Below, one piece after another: positions 47,825 through 57,906 of a DNA stretch of 64,000 nt. Where the stretch lies: assembly GCA_905182865.1 (NCBI GenBank), contig CAJJCY010000003.1, positions 393,740 to 457,739 on the forward strand. The letters are read 5' to 3'. How positions within the stretch are numbered: the first letter of the stretch is position 1; every line of letters starts with the position of its first letter. The notes beneath the pieces are model-generated. The model saw only the letters and a program-made list of their open reading frames with translations. It ran no database searches and was not told the DNA's origin. The position numbers and the translations under genes are program-made. The DNA is from an uncultured SAR324 cluster bacterium. Lineage in GTDB: Bacteria; SAR324; NAC60-12.

Positions 47825-47928
47825 AAAATTGCATGTAGGTAGCAGTAATTTTACATTCTTTTTTTTGCAAAATTCTCCACAAATTTCTCAGTTTACGGCA
47901 CCTTATTCGACGATATTAAGGAACAAAC

Positions 47929-48879
47929 ATGATAACACTCAATGATGTGAAAGCAGCTGCGGTAGAGATTTCGTCGTATGTACGGCGGACGCCCTTATGG
48001 AAAAATGAAACCCTGAGTACAAGGTTGGGGACTAATGTCTATCTGAAGATGGAAATGTTCCAGAAAACGGGGTCGTTCAAGTCACGTGGAGCCTTTAACC
48101 AGATGTTGGCAAGAGGAAAGGATGCGCTAGATAAAGGGGTGGTGGCCGTCAGTGGCGGAAATTTCGCACAGGGAGTTGCTTATGCCAGTCGCATGTTGGG
48201 TGTGGATGCTATTATTTGTATGCCAGAAGGTACGCCACAGAATTATATCGACGCGACCCGTGGTTATTCAGCAACCATCGACTTGTCGCCCGATATTCAG
48301 ACTGCAATTATCCGATACAATGATTTAGCTGATCAAGGTCGCGCCGCTTTACATCCATTTGATAATCCCCATCAGATGGCCGGGGCTGGTACTGTCGCGC
48401 TGGAAATTTTCGAAGACCTTCCAGAAATAACTGACCTCGTTATCAGCATCGGCGGTGGTGGACTGATTAGTGGAAACACAGTTGCTATCAAGGGCTTGAA
48501 CCCGCAAGTTCGTGTATGGGGTGTGGAAACTGAGGGGGCTGCCACAATGAAAACAGCCATGGATGCCGGGGAAGTCGTCAACATCACGCCAACCTCATTA
48601 GCGAAGACACTTGGCGCACCATTTGTTGCTCAGGATGCGCTTACTATTGCACAGGAACATCTAGAAGAATTGCTCATTGTCAGTGATAAACAGGCTATTG
48701 ATGCACAACGTCTTATTCTTGAAAGAGCGAAGGTGCTGCCAGAATTGGCTGCATCCTGTACGTTGGCTGCTGCTCAGACTATCAAAGACAGGTTTGGCCC
48801 AGATGACCATCTGGTTTTATTGATGTGTGGCGGAAATGACTCGGTGGCGAATCTGGTGAATTATGCACAGATGGCCTGA
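47929..48879 (+). CDS. PLP-dependent serine/threonine dehydratase-family enzyme (threonine dehydratase/serine racemase-like)
   Basis: PLP-lysine motif 'SFKSRGA' and a Gly-rich 'GGGGLISG' loop. Confidence 0.8.
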   Translation: MITLNDVKAAAVEISSYVRRTPLWKNETLSTRLGTNVYLKMEMFQKTGSFKSRGAFNQMLARGKDALDKGVVAVSGGNFAQGVAYASRMLGVDAIICMPEGTPQNYIDATRGYSATIDLSPDIQTAIIRYNDLADQGRAALHPFDNPHQMAGAGTVALEIFEDLPEITDLVISIGGGGLISGNTVAIKGLNPQVRVWGVETEGAATMKTAMDAGEVVNITPTSLAKTLGAPFVAQDALTIAQEHLEELLIVSDKQAIDAQRLILERAKVLPELAASCTLAAAQTIKDRFGPDDHLVLLMCGGNDSVANLVNYAQMA

Positions 48880-49047
48880 ATTATTTATCCCAGCTACCTT
48901 TAACCTCAGCCCATACGAATTTTGGATCAGCATCTAATCCAGACATTATTTGTGCTACCCAACCATCTGGACCTTCACTTTCCCTAAATTCTTACTAATA
49001 TATTAATGTATATGAAATATTGGCTAGGTTGTGGAGGTTGTCTTAAA

Positions 49048-49200
49048 GTGAAGGATTAAGTGGGAGGTTACTTGGAATTCCTCTGACTCTGTGAAGAATT
49101 AAGTGGGAGGTTAGTGGAGGGTGTCTGACTGTGAAGAATTAGTGGGAGTTACTTGGGAGGGTGTCTGACTGTGAAGAATTAGTGGGTGTAATCACAGGAG
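49048..49200. repeat. Imperfect ~40-bp tandem repeat, about 3.7 units of GTGAAGAATTA(A)GTGGGAG(G)TTA..GG(G)AGGGTGTCTGACT
   Basis: Units start at 49048, 49091, 49131 and 49171. It lies in the gap between convergent genes. Confidence 0.7.
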
Positions 49201-49355
49201 ATGAGGGGGTTTGTATTAGGGTGTATTCTTAGAATCCGAAAGTCCCGGACCCTCAGATGTACACAAATGCTATGGTTTTTCACTTAAATATAAAGCAGAA
49301 ATTTCATCATCACTAAGTGAGCGGCTATAGATTCTTACGTCATCAATTTTACCTA

Positions 49356-51763
49356 TCATAAAATCATTTTGGTGAGACTACTACCATTTCCATCAAAACT
49401 TGAAGCTTCAGAACCCCAACCTATGAAACCATATCTGTCAGAAGAAGTACCAAGATTTCTTCCCGAATGTGTATTACTGTTAGAGGCCACCATATCTCCG
49501 TCAACAAATATCTTTTTATCTACTGTACTGGATGAATTATACCATCCACAAATGTGATGCCAATTCCCATCTTCATAAGATTCAGTTCGCAAAACGGCTG
49601 GATATTTCAGAGGCAGTTAATGCTCTGTTGTAGATTCTTAATTCATCTATTGCTCCCGTGAAAAAAGTACTGCCGTTTCTGTTTCTTCCTATTCTGAAAC
49701 GGTTGAATTCAGTCGTACCTCCTGATCACTTTCAGTTATCATCTATTAATATAACCTATGGAATTAGTACCATCGTAAGTGAAGGCGATGAATGTCCAAG
49801 CATCTAGTTGTGCTGTGCTCAAAACGATGTTGCCTCCGCTTGATTTTCTGATATGAAAATTGCTTCCATTAAGATCAATCTGAAAGCCACTACCTGAGTC
49901 ATTGTAGCTTGAAAACATAGCTTCATAAGTTCCCGAACTGGCGGGCTTGGCCCAGAGTGAAATAGTGTAATTGTCAAAACTTGGGATATTTGCCGTTTCC
50001 AGATAATCTCCATCGCCATCGAAATAATAGGCACTGTTGCTGGAGTTATCCTTGCCGTCGGTTAAGGTTGTATCACCATAAACTGTAAAATCTCTTCCGT
50101 TGCTAGTTAAATCTTTAGCATTTCCATTGAATGGATAGTATGCAACCAATGAGTTATCAAATGTGTTAAATGATGTTTCATAGGGGCTTTCCAGTGAAAC
50201 TCATTTTCGTCTTTGGTATCTGTGGTTAATTTAATTTTATATTTATTATCATAAGAAAGATTGTCAGATGGATCAAACGTAAAGGTCTTGGCCGAGTTGG
50301 AAATGTAAGGTGAGGATGACATCTGGACACATGTGCTGAAATTGTCTGAGGAAACCTGAAAACTACCATAACAAGATGTATTGTCGGTATTAGTAGTTAT
50401 AGAACTGTTGTCCATAATCTCCGAGAAGATTAAAGATATGTTTTCACTTACTGAAACTGAACTTTGGTTGTCTCTCGGAGAGATAGAAGAAACAGTTGGC
50501 GCCGTGGTGTCCGTCACAGTTGTCGCAACAGTCACGCTGTTGCTCGATGCGCTGGAGAGGTTGTGTACGGCGTCCTCTGCATAAACTTTGTAGGTACCGT
50601 CCTCAAGTTCCGTAGCTGGCAAATTAGTATCGGAATTTGCTAAGATGATGGGAACACTGTTCCACTGGCTGTCCGCAGCTCCCGTGATGCTGGTAAAATT
50701 ATTACTGACCGAGACAGTGGTTTTGACCAGGTAGGCCGTGCCGGTCTCTGTGCTCTGTACCACGGCACTACCGGAGGTGGTTATAGTAGCTGTGGTGACA
50801 CTGGCAGCCGGTGGAGTGGAATCTGACATAACAGTCACGCTGTTGCTCGATGCGCTGGAGAGGTTGTGTGCGGCGTCCTCTGCATAAACTTTGTAGGTAC
50901 CGTCCTCAAGTTCCGTAGCTGGCAAATTAGTATCGGAATTTGCTAAGATGATGGGAATACTGTTCCACTGGCTGTCCGCAGCTCCCGTGATGCTGAGAAA
51001 ATTATTACTGACCGAGACAGTGGTTTTGACCAGGTAGGCCGTGCCGGTGTCTGTGCTCTGTACCACGGCACTACCGGAGGTGGTTATAGTGGCTGTGGTG
51101 ACACGGGCAGTTGGCGCCGTATTGTCAGTGCCCCCGCCAGTATCAGTGCCCCCACCTGTTTCCGTATCTCCGCCAGTATCAGTGCCCCCACCTGTTTCCG
51201 TATCTCCGTCAGTATCAGTGCCCCCATCATTGCCATCGTCACTACCAGTATCTGTATCAGTGCCTGTGCCTGGAACCGGTATCAGTGTGATAGGTAAACT
51301 GAGATTATTGGTATTTGTACCGATAGAAAAAGGTTGTGATTCTCCGTAGTAGCCAACTTCTTGGTATCCTGAAATCAAGTCAGACAAGCTGTAGTTCTCT
51401 TTGAACAGAAAGGCGAAGATTTTCATCTGTGTGTTGAGTGGAATCTCCAGGCTAACCTTCTTGTCAGCCGTATTCATCAATCCTTGTGCAAAACTGCTGT
51501 AATAATTCCTGTAGCTGCTTGTCAAGTATTCCAGCGAGGGCAGAGCGAGGATAAGGTGGGTATTATACTGGCTCAATTCGAATGCAGAAACACTTCGAGC
51601 TACTGCGTGAGGAAGATCTTTGATCGAAGTCCATATTCAGGATAACAGTCCGTGTATCCTGCATTTCCGGCTCTAGATCACCGCAGCCCGTAAAAATAAA
51701 TAAGGGTATTACTAAAAGAAACGTACACCTTAACATTCTTTTGTTTCGTATTAATCTAATCAA
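49356..51763 (-). CDS. Large cell-surface lipoprotein. The domain order is lipobox, Thr/Asp-rich linker, two Ig-like domains, SbsA-Ig/Big_5-like domain, LamG (concanavalin-like) domain. It is broken into at least four ORFs by apparent frameshifts.
   Basis: Minus-strand ORFs 51563-51763 (signal plus 'FTGC'), 50107-51576 (two ~101-aa near-identical repeats; 'SSISPRDNQSSVSVSENISLIFSEIMD'), 49739-50149 ('VAYYPFNGNAKDLTSNG') and 49356-49592 ('WHHICGWYNSSSTVDKKIFVDGDMV'). Confidence 0.65.
50531..51107. repeat. Two ~276-bp near-identical (>95%) tandem copies, period ~303 bp, encoding duplicated Ig-like domains
   Basis: 'gtcacgctgttgctcgatgcgctggagaggttgtg...' recurs at 50531 and 50834, with only a few substitutions. 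Confidence 0.8.
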
Positions 51764-51805
51764 TCGTAATTTATTTCAATGATCACACGCAGGTTCGTCT
51801 CAATG

Positions 51806-53674
51806 TCACCCATGCGTGTCATCAATCTCACCAAGAATGTCACCATAATCACTATAATCATCACCGCCACCATAATCACCGTAATCATCACCGCCACCAT
51901 AATCGCCGTAATCATCACCACCACCATAATCACCTAACTCACCACCTCCTAATCTCCTAATCAGTCACCACCCCCTAAGTCTCCTGGGTCTCCTCCAAAG
52001 TCACCACCTCCTAAGTCTCCTGTCTCCTCCAAAGTCCCCACCACCTAAGTCCTCCTGTCATCCTCCAAAGTCCCCTGGGTCTCCTCCAAAGTCCCCACCA
52101 CCTGAAGTCCCCTGGTCTCCTCCAAAGTCACCACCACCTAAGTCTCCTGTGTCTCCTCCATGGTCACCTGATCCACCTAATCTCCTGGATCCTCCTGGAT
52201 CACCTCCAAAGTTTCCTCCTGGATCACCTCCTGGATCCCTCCTGGATCACCTCCGGATCACCGTCCTGGATCACCTGCCTGGATCACCTGGTTCCTCCTG
52301 GATCACCTGGTCACCTGGATCACCTCCGATCACCTGGATCACCTCCGAAGTCTCCTGTCCTGGATCACCTCCGAAGTCACCTCCGAAGTCTCCTCCTGGA
52401 TCATCCTCCAAAGTTTCCTCCGAAGTCTTCGTCTCCACCGAAACTTGCTCCGAAGTCGTCATCATCGCCGAAACTACCATCTGGGCTGAACTCTGTGCCC
52501 ATAGGTTTAAATGTGTCTGCGCCAGGTCCAACACTTTCAGGCCCCATCATCATTCCACCTTGTTCACCTTCAGGTCCCATCTCCCCCTTGTCACCTCGGC
52601 CCATCATCATTCCACCTTGTTCACCTTCAGGCCCCATCATCATTCCACCTTGTTCACCTTCAGGCCCCATCATCATTCCACCCTCTTCACCTTCAGGACC
52701 CATCATCATTCCACCCTCTTCACCTTCAGGCCCCATCATCATTCCACCCTCTTCACCTTCAGGACCCATCATCATTCCAGGTCCTCCTCGGACCTTCATC
52801 ATCTCCTGGTTTTCCTTCACTTCCAGGTCCTATTATGCCTTCTTCATCTTCCTCTCCCTCTCCAGGCATTCCAGGTCCTTCTTTTCCTTCAGGTCCAGGA
52901 CCTTTCTCATCTCCCGGTTTTGGTTCTCCTTCTTTGTCCTGAGGTTCATAGCTGTTTCTTTTGTTCTTCCTCTTCCTCCTTTTTCTTTTTTTCATTTTCT
53001 TTGCGTACTTCTTCCGGCTTTACCGCCTCTCCGAATTTGACGATTCTAAAAGCTTTGGGCGAGTCGGCCTTGAGGATCTGTGCACGCATTTTTGGGGCAA
53101 CTTCAACAGGCGCAGTTGGAGTGGAGTTCTTCTGAACTGTGGAAGCCTGGTTTGCAGGTACTTCAATTTCGATGTCAGGCATGTTCACCGGCGCTAATGA
53201 AACTGTACCGGAAATAGTGAGAAGACTCGTTTGTGTGTTGGAAGCGCCAACCACAAAATCGGTCCCCCTCACACCTACCAGCGCAGTAACGGTACGAATC
53301 TGAAATCGTTTCCTTTTGCTCTTCTTTTTGAGTTTGCCTTGAATCTTAAAACGGGCTTTTCCGGTCAGCAGGGAAATACTGCTGGTTTGCCGGGTAATCT
53401 TTCCCATTCGAAAAAAGGAACGGGAGGAGAGTTCAATTATTTCAGGTTTACCCTTGATCTTGATTTTAACGGTTGTATCTTTGCCGGTCTGTACACGGTC
53501 TTTGGCATGGAGGGCCATTTTGGCGCCGGGCTTGCGTAGCAGACGTGTGCGTTCCGGGCCGATCACCTTGACCGAACCTTTTTCCAGCAACAGTAGTCCC
53601 TGCTGTGCCTGCAGGGGAATTGCAGGAATGACAGCCAGGAACAGGGCCAGCAGGAGTAAAAATCGAAATTTCAT
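51806..53674 (-). CDS. Secreted FecR-domain protein with a very long low-complexity tail. The tail is KE-rich, then collagen-like GP-rich, then seven copies of GPEGE(E/Q)GGMMM, then (GGDFGGD) and (DYGGGDDYG) repeats. It is split across at least four frames.
   Basis: ORF 52946-53674 has a signal peptide and a FecR-like beta-domain ('IRTVTALVGVRGTDFVV'). Downstream minus-strand ORFs 52759-52995, 52401-52820 and 52271-52534 continue a Gly/Asp/Met-rich reading across 33-bp and ~27-bp DNA repeats. Confidence 0.5.
52541..52780. repeat. 33-bp tandem repeat of about seven units (ccccatcatcattccacc(t/c)t(g/c)ttcaccttcagg)
   Basis: Directly visible in the sequence. It encodes GPEGExGGMMM on the minus strand. 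Confidence 0.85.
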
Positions 53675-53745
53675 GAGTATGTTTGGTTTTTCTTTAAATC
53701 TAATTTCATTAATTGATCGACTGTGTCAAGCAGATAGTTTAATTT

Positions 53746-55002
53746 TCAATAAATGAGAATTACCTGCAGTTGTGTTGAGTTCAAAGTGTATGTTTTTCCA
53801 ACAATGTTTGAACTCTGTCTTTCCTGTTTCTGTGTCAGTCCAAAGATACACCATGCTGCGGCAGGGTAGTTTAAGCTAAGAGTATAAACTTGATTCCGGT
53901 TCTTTGTCTTTCCATCCAGAGATGGATCAGCAACTTTATCTTCAGTTTGAGAAAAATCATACTGGATACCAAGAGAAATCGGCGGAATTGAATAATCTAC
54001 TTTTAGTTTGGCTTTTTTTGCTTCGGTGTCCTTGTATGCTCCATTGAGGTTTGTGTCTTCAAGCGTTCCTCCAAAAGTTGTCTTTACGCCAAATATAGGA
54101 GTAACATAACCGGCTGTAAGTGCAGTGGATTTACCGCTGTCGTCGTTTGATCCCTCTACCAGTTTTTTCTTGCGGTCAATTTGCCAGTTCCACGTCGTTC
54201 CTTCGCCAAGTTCCTGCTTGGCCTTGAGGGTGTAGACGTTGTCACGGGTCGCCCGTTTGTATTTTTTGGAAAGGCTGTCTCTGGGAGTTGAGGTTTCTGG
54301 AATTTCCCTGGTTCCTGCTTCATTTGTACCCAATGATAGCGTTAAGACTCCTGCCCAGCTCTCTCGTTCCTCCCACTCAATGCTTGCCTGTTTAAACAAA
54401 ATCTTTTTGGATTCATATTCACCATTGTGGTGCTGGTCTCCCATCAGGACTCCCCGTAAAAAAATGCTGGAATCATCGAAGAGATCGAAGCGGTAGGAAG
54501 GCACAAAGAGGATACTTGTAGAAAATGCTTTGGACTTACTACTGTTGTCCTCGACCTTGTCAATGTTATCTTTGGTAACGCCGCTGAGGATAGTTATCAA
54601 CTGAAAGGAGTCACCAAGTTTTGCTTGTTTAAGAAGTTCAGGAGTTTCATAGATTGTCCGGATTATCTTCTTTGCTTCGCCGAGCGTGGTCTTAACATAA
54701 ACTTCAAAGACATTTATACCGGGCTTGAGCATGTAAGGTATTTTCAGCCATACCAGGCTTGCTCCTTTAGGAAAATTACGGGGCTTACCCTTAACCGTCA
54801 CTTGCTGAATTGGACTGAAGGTGCTGATCTGAATTTTGAGAATACCCTGCTGTTCTTCAACTTTTTCAGGCGAGAGGCTGAAAATTAGAATTTCAGCTTC
54901 ATCTTCAGCAGACCACGCTGATTGAAAGCTCAGCAGAAAGAGAAACAGCATCAGCAAGATCATGCTTCCAGCCGATTTTGTGTTTTTAAGCTGTTTATCC
55001 AT
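53746..55002 (-). CDS. Secreted beta-rich protein (possible outer-membrane protein) of unknown function
   Basis: Signal peptide 'MILLMLFLFLLSFQSAWSA', alternating amphipathic beta-strand-like segments, and operon position with the surface genes. Confidence 0.45.
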   Translation of the reverse strand: MDKQLKNTKSAGSMILLMLFLFLLSFQSAWSAEDEAEILIFSLSPEKVEEQQGILKIQISTFSPIQQVTVKGKPRNFPKGASLVWLKIPYMLKPGINVFEVYVKTTLGEAKKIIRTIYETPELLKQAKLGDSFQLITILSGVTKDNIDKVEDNSSKSKAFSTSILFVPSYRFDLFDDSSIFLRGVLMGDQHHNGEYESKKILFKQASIEWEERESWAGVLTLSLGTNEAGTREIPETSTPRDSLSKKYKRATRDNVYTLKAKQELGEGTTWNWQIDRKKKLVEGSNDDSGKSTALTAGYVTPIFGVKTTFGGTLEDTNLNGAYKDTEAKKAKLKVDYSIPPISLGIQYDFSQTEDKVADPSLDGKTKNRNQVYTLSLNYPAAAWCIFGLTQKQERQSSNIVGKTYTLNSTQLQVILIY

Positions 55003-55211
55003 TGGTGAGAAATCTTCCGGATGATTGTGATCGTTTTCTGGCAGCAGTAAAACGAGTTGAATCAGACCGGTACAATTTTTTCTTTAAATGATATCTATGA
55101 ATGCCTCAAAATTTAATTCAAGTTTTTTTCAGAAAAATAACAATTGTTCTCACCTCGTGCAGGTTCTCTGCCAATATTAACTTCCTGAGATGAATGTGTC
55201 AATTGATAAGT

Positions 55212-56795
55212 TTAAATTGCTTGAAAATTGGTAGAAAAAGGGCTGCTGGCATCAAATTTTTGTACCCTGTCGTTGGCTGCCAGGTGAAGCAAAAGCTGGA
55301 AAACTGTTTCTGTATTTATTGTTTTTTGGAGAATATCAGCAAGCTCAGTTGCAGTAAATTTTTGTTCCGGATGTGAGCGGAGGTGGTGTTGAATTTTTAC
55401 CGCAAGTTCTAACACATCACCAGCAGCTTGTTTTCCAGATTCTACACCAGGTTGGTGATAGGCATTTATACCAACCAGAAATGCATATAAGCCGACTGTC
55501 CTTTCAAAAAGTGCAATCAAGGCTCCCAGAGTTTGGGTGTTAATTTCTTCAAGTGTGATAGTGAGGGAAGTACGCCCGTTTTGAAAAAGGGCTTCGCGGG
55601 TTCCAAGCAAAAAACCCTGTAGAAAATCTCCGGATGTGACTCCTGGTTCAACTTCAAGACTCTTGTTTTCACGGTCTTTTAGAACTTCAATGAAAGTTAC
55701 AAAAAAATTGTCAGTACCGTCGCGGAGCTGTTGAACAAAAGCATGCTGATCGGTTGAACCTTTGTTGCCGTAAACAGTCAATCCCTGGTTTACTTTTTTG
55801 CCGACCAAATCTTTTTCCTTACCGATTGATTCCATTACCAGTTGCTGTAGATAACGGCTGAAGAGCAGTAATCTGTCTTTGTAAGGCAACAACACCATCG
55901 CTTTTTCACCTTGGCCTCTGCCTGAATGGTGCCACATCCAGGCCAGCAGAGCAGCAGGATTATTGCTGACTTCCGGACTACGGGTAATTTCATCCATCTT
56001 TTTTGCGCCAGCTAGAAATTCATATATATTCAAACCCTGTAAAGCCGCAGGAAGCAGTCCAACTACAGAAAATACCGATGTTCTCCCTCCAACCCAGTCC
56101 CACATTGGAAAGCAGTCAAGCCAGTTTTCCTGTGCTGCAAGTTGATCAAGTTGACTGTTTGCGCCTGTGACTGCAACAGCGTGTTTTGTGAAATCCAGTC
56201 CGTTCTTTTCATAGACATCTCGAACCTCCAGCATTGCGTTCCGGGTTTCTTTTGTTCCTCCGGACTTGGAAATAACCAGTGTCAAAGTTTCCCCTAATCC
56301 TTTGCCGATTGAGGCCATGACCTGATCTATTCCGTCAGGGTCGGTATTGTCGATATAATAAAACTGCATGCTGTCCGTCCCAGAACCAAGCGCACTTAGT
56401 ACGAACTGCGGACCAAGCGCGGAACCTCCGATTCCGAGCAGCAGCACATTCCGGAAAGAAGCAGCTTTTTGCGGTTGGATTTTGTTCTGGTGAATTTCTG
56501 CTACAAAATTTTGAATCTTTTCAAGTGTGCTGCTGATCACCGTTTGAATATCTTTAGAGGGGGCAAGTTCAGGATTCCTCAGCCAGTAATGTCCAACCAT
56601 GCGGTTTTCATCAGGATTTGCGATACCTCCCTTTTCCAGGTTCTGCATTTGTTGAAAAGCATTACGGAAAAGTATTCCCAGTTCATTTGGCAGTTTATCC
56701 GGAACATTCATGCGAGATGTATCAAGTGCAATCCCCAACTCCGGAAGGTCAAGGTAATGCTGCTGAAAATTTTGCCAGGTTACTGATTTTGTCAT
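55212..56795 (-). CDS. pgi: Glucose-6-phosphate isomerase. The ORF opens at 56849; the likely start is 'MTKSV'.
   Basis: PGI signatures 'DYSKN'-like region, 'GGRYSLWSAIG'-like 'GGRTSVFSVVG', and ~530 aa length. Confidence 0.9.
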   Translation of the reverse strand: MTKSVTWQNFQQHYLDLPELGIALDTSRMNVPDKLPNELGILFRNAFQQMQNLEKGGIANPDENRMVGHYWLRNPELAPSKDIQTVISSTLEKIQNFVAEIHQNKIQPQKAASFRNVLLLGIGGSALGPQFVLSALGSGTDSMQFYYIDNTDPDGIDQVMASIGKGLGETLTLVISKSGGTKETRNAMLEVRDVYEKNGLDFTKHAVAVTGANSQLDQLAAQENWLDCFPMWDWVGGRTSVFSVVGLLPAALQGLNIYEFLAGAKKMDEITRSPEVSNNPAALLAWMWHHSGRGQGEKAMVLLPYKDRLLLFSRYLQQLVMESIGKEKDLVGKKVNQGLTVYGNKGSTDQHAFVQQLRDGTDNFFVTFIEVLKDRENKSLEVEPGVTSGDFLQGFLLGTREALFQNGRTSLTITLEEINTQTLGALIALFERTVGLYAFLVGINAYHQPGVESGKQAAGDVLELAVKIQHHLRSHPEQKFTATELADILQKTINTETVFQLLLHLAANDRVQKFDASSPFSTNFQAI

Positions 56796-56815
56796 TCCTT
56801 TATTTTGTTTGTGAT

Positions 56816-57874
56816 TCATTCGTGAATGGTTTTTAATCTTTGAGTACACAAAATATCAGTAATCTCATCGTCTGAAAGCTGATTCAGGCATCCGCCATGC
56901 GGACAATTTTTCAATTCACAAATCTCGGGCCAGTCCAGATTTGGTGTCGCCACCCATTGTTGCTGATCGTACGGTCCCCAGCGAGATGGCGTATGTGGTT
57001 TTGCAGGACAGAAAAATCCAAGCAGCGGAGTTCCAGCAGCATTTGCCAGATGCAAAGGGCCCGTGCTGCTGGCAATCAACAACGAAGCATTCCGAATTAC
57101 AGTAAATAATTCTGCAAGTGAAAATCGTCCAACAGTCTTCTTTACTCTCTCTTCTGGAAAATCCGCAGCCAGTGCATTCACCACATTTTCTTCTCCGGGA
57201 ACTCCTGTTAATAAAACCGTCCAGTCAGTTTTTTCCAGTAACAGTCGTATTATCAGTTTGTATTGCTCCTCATTCAAATTTGGAGCAGAAGCACCGCATC
57301 CGGAATGCAATATAACATAATCCTTAGATTTTAGTTCTGTCTTGAAATCATCCCACCACGGTTCTGGTGTCCATTGCTTAAACTCGTAATGAGGCTGGGT
57401 TATTTTGTCCGGTATAAGTGATTCAAGCAAGGAAAGATTGTATTCAGACTCATGTTTCCGGCAGTCTTTTCGGTGTTCGTAAATGCGCCTGTTCAGAAGG
57501 AATGAATACCAGCGGTAACCTGTACCGATCCGGATAGGAATTTTTGCCTTGAGCAGAGCAAAGGCTAATTCCGGTCGGGGATAAAACAGTATTGCCGCGT
57601 CAAAATTAAGTTCCCGCAGCTGATGACTCAGTTTCATTACTCCCTTCCAGCCTCTGTGATGTCCCTCAGGTTCATAACTCAGCAACAGGTCAATCCCCGT
57701 ATATTGCTCAAACAGGGGAACAGTGTAAGGCTGTGCTAAAAATGAGATGAACGCTTCTGGGTAATTATTGCGTAAAGCTGTAACTGCAGGAAAAGTCAGA
57801 ATGGTATCACCAACCCGATCCGTGCGGATCAGCAGGAAACGTTTGCGGGAATCGGATGAAGGATTTGTTGACAT
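56816..57874 (-). CDS. Glycosyltransferase family 9 (ADP-heptose:LPS heptosyltransferase-like)
   Basis: 'RFLLIRTDRVGDTILTFPAVTALR' N-terminus and the GT9 C-terminal 'GPLHLANAAGTPLLGFF'. Confidence 0.8.
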   Translation of the reverse strand: MSTNPSSDSRKRFLLIRTDRVGDTILTFPAVTALRNNYPEAFISFLAQPYTVPLFEQYTGIDLLLSYEPEGHHRGWKGVMKLSHQLRELNFDAAILFYPRPELAFALLKAKIPIRIGTGYRWYSFLLNRRIYEHRKDCRKHESEYNLSLLESLIPDKITQPHYEFKQWTPEPWWDDFKTELKSKDYVILHSGCGASAPNLNEEQYKLIIRLLLEKTDWTVLLTGVPGEENVVNALAADFPEERVKKTVGRFSLAELFTVIRNASLLIASSTGPLHLANAAGTPLLGFFCPAKPHTPSRWGPYDQQQWVATPNLDWPEICELKNCPHGGCLNQLSDDEITDILCTQRLKTIHE

Positions 57875-57906
57875 GAATACATTATTAAATATTCAGGAAA
57901 AAACAT

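Noticed and set aside
49048-49200. Possible CRISPR array
   Set aside because: The 40-bp units are directly abutting with no unique spacers. There are fewer than four copies and no cas genes. Called a tandem repeat instead.
52149-53135. 328-aa plus-strand ORF (Pro/Ser-rich 'SPPKSPP', 'PSSFHLVHLQ'), plus nested plus-strand ORFs 52495-53040 and 52511-52942
   Set aside because: These are antisense to the FecR-domain gene and arise because the repeats lack stops in several frames. The minus strand carries the signal peptide and a recognisable domain and matches the operon direction.
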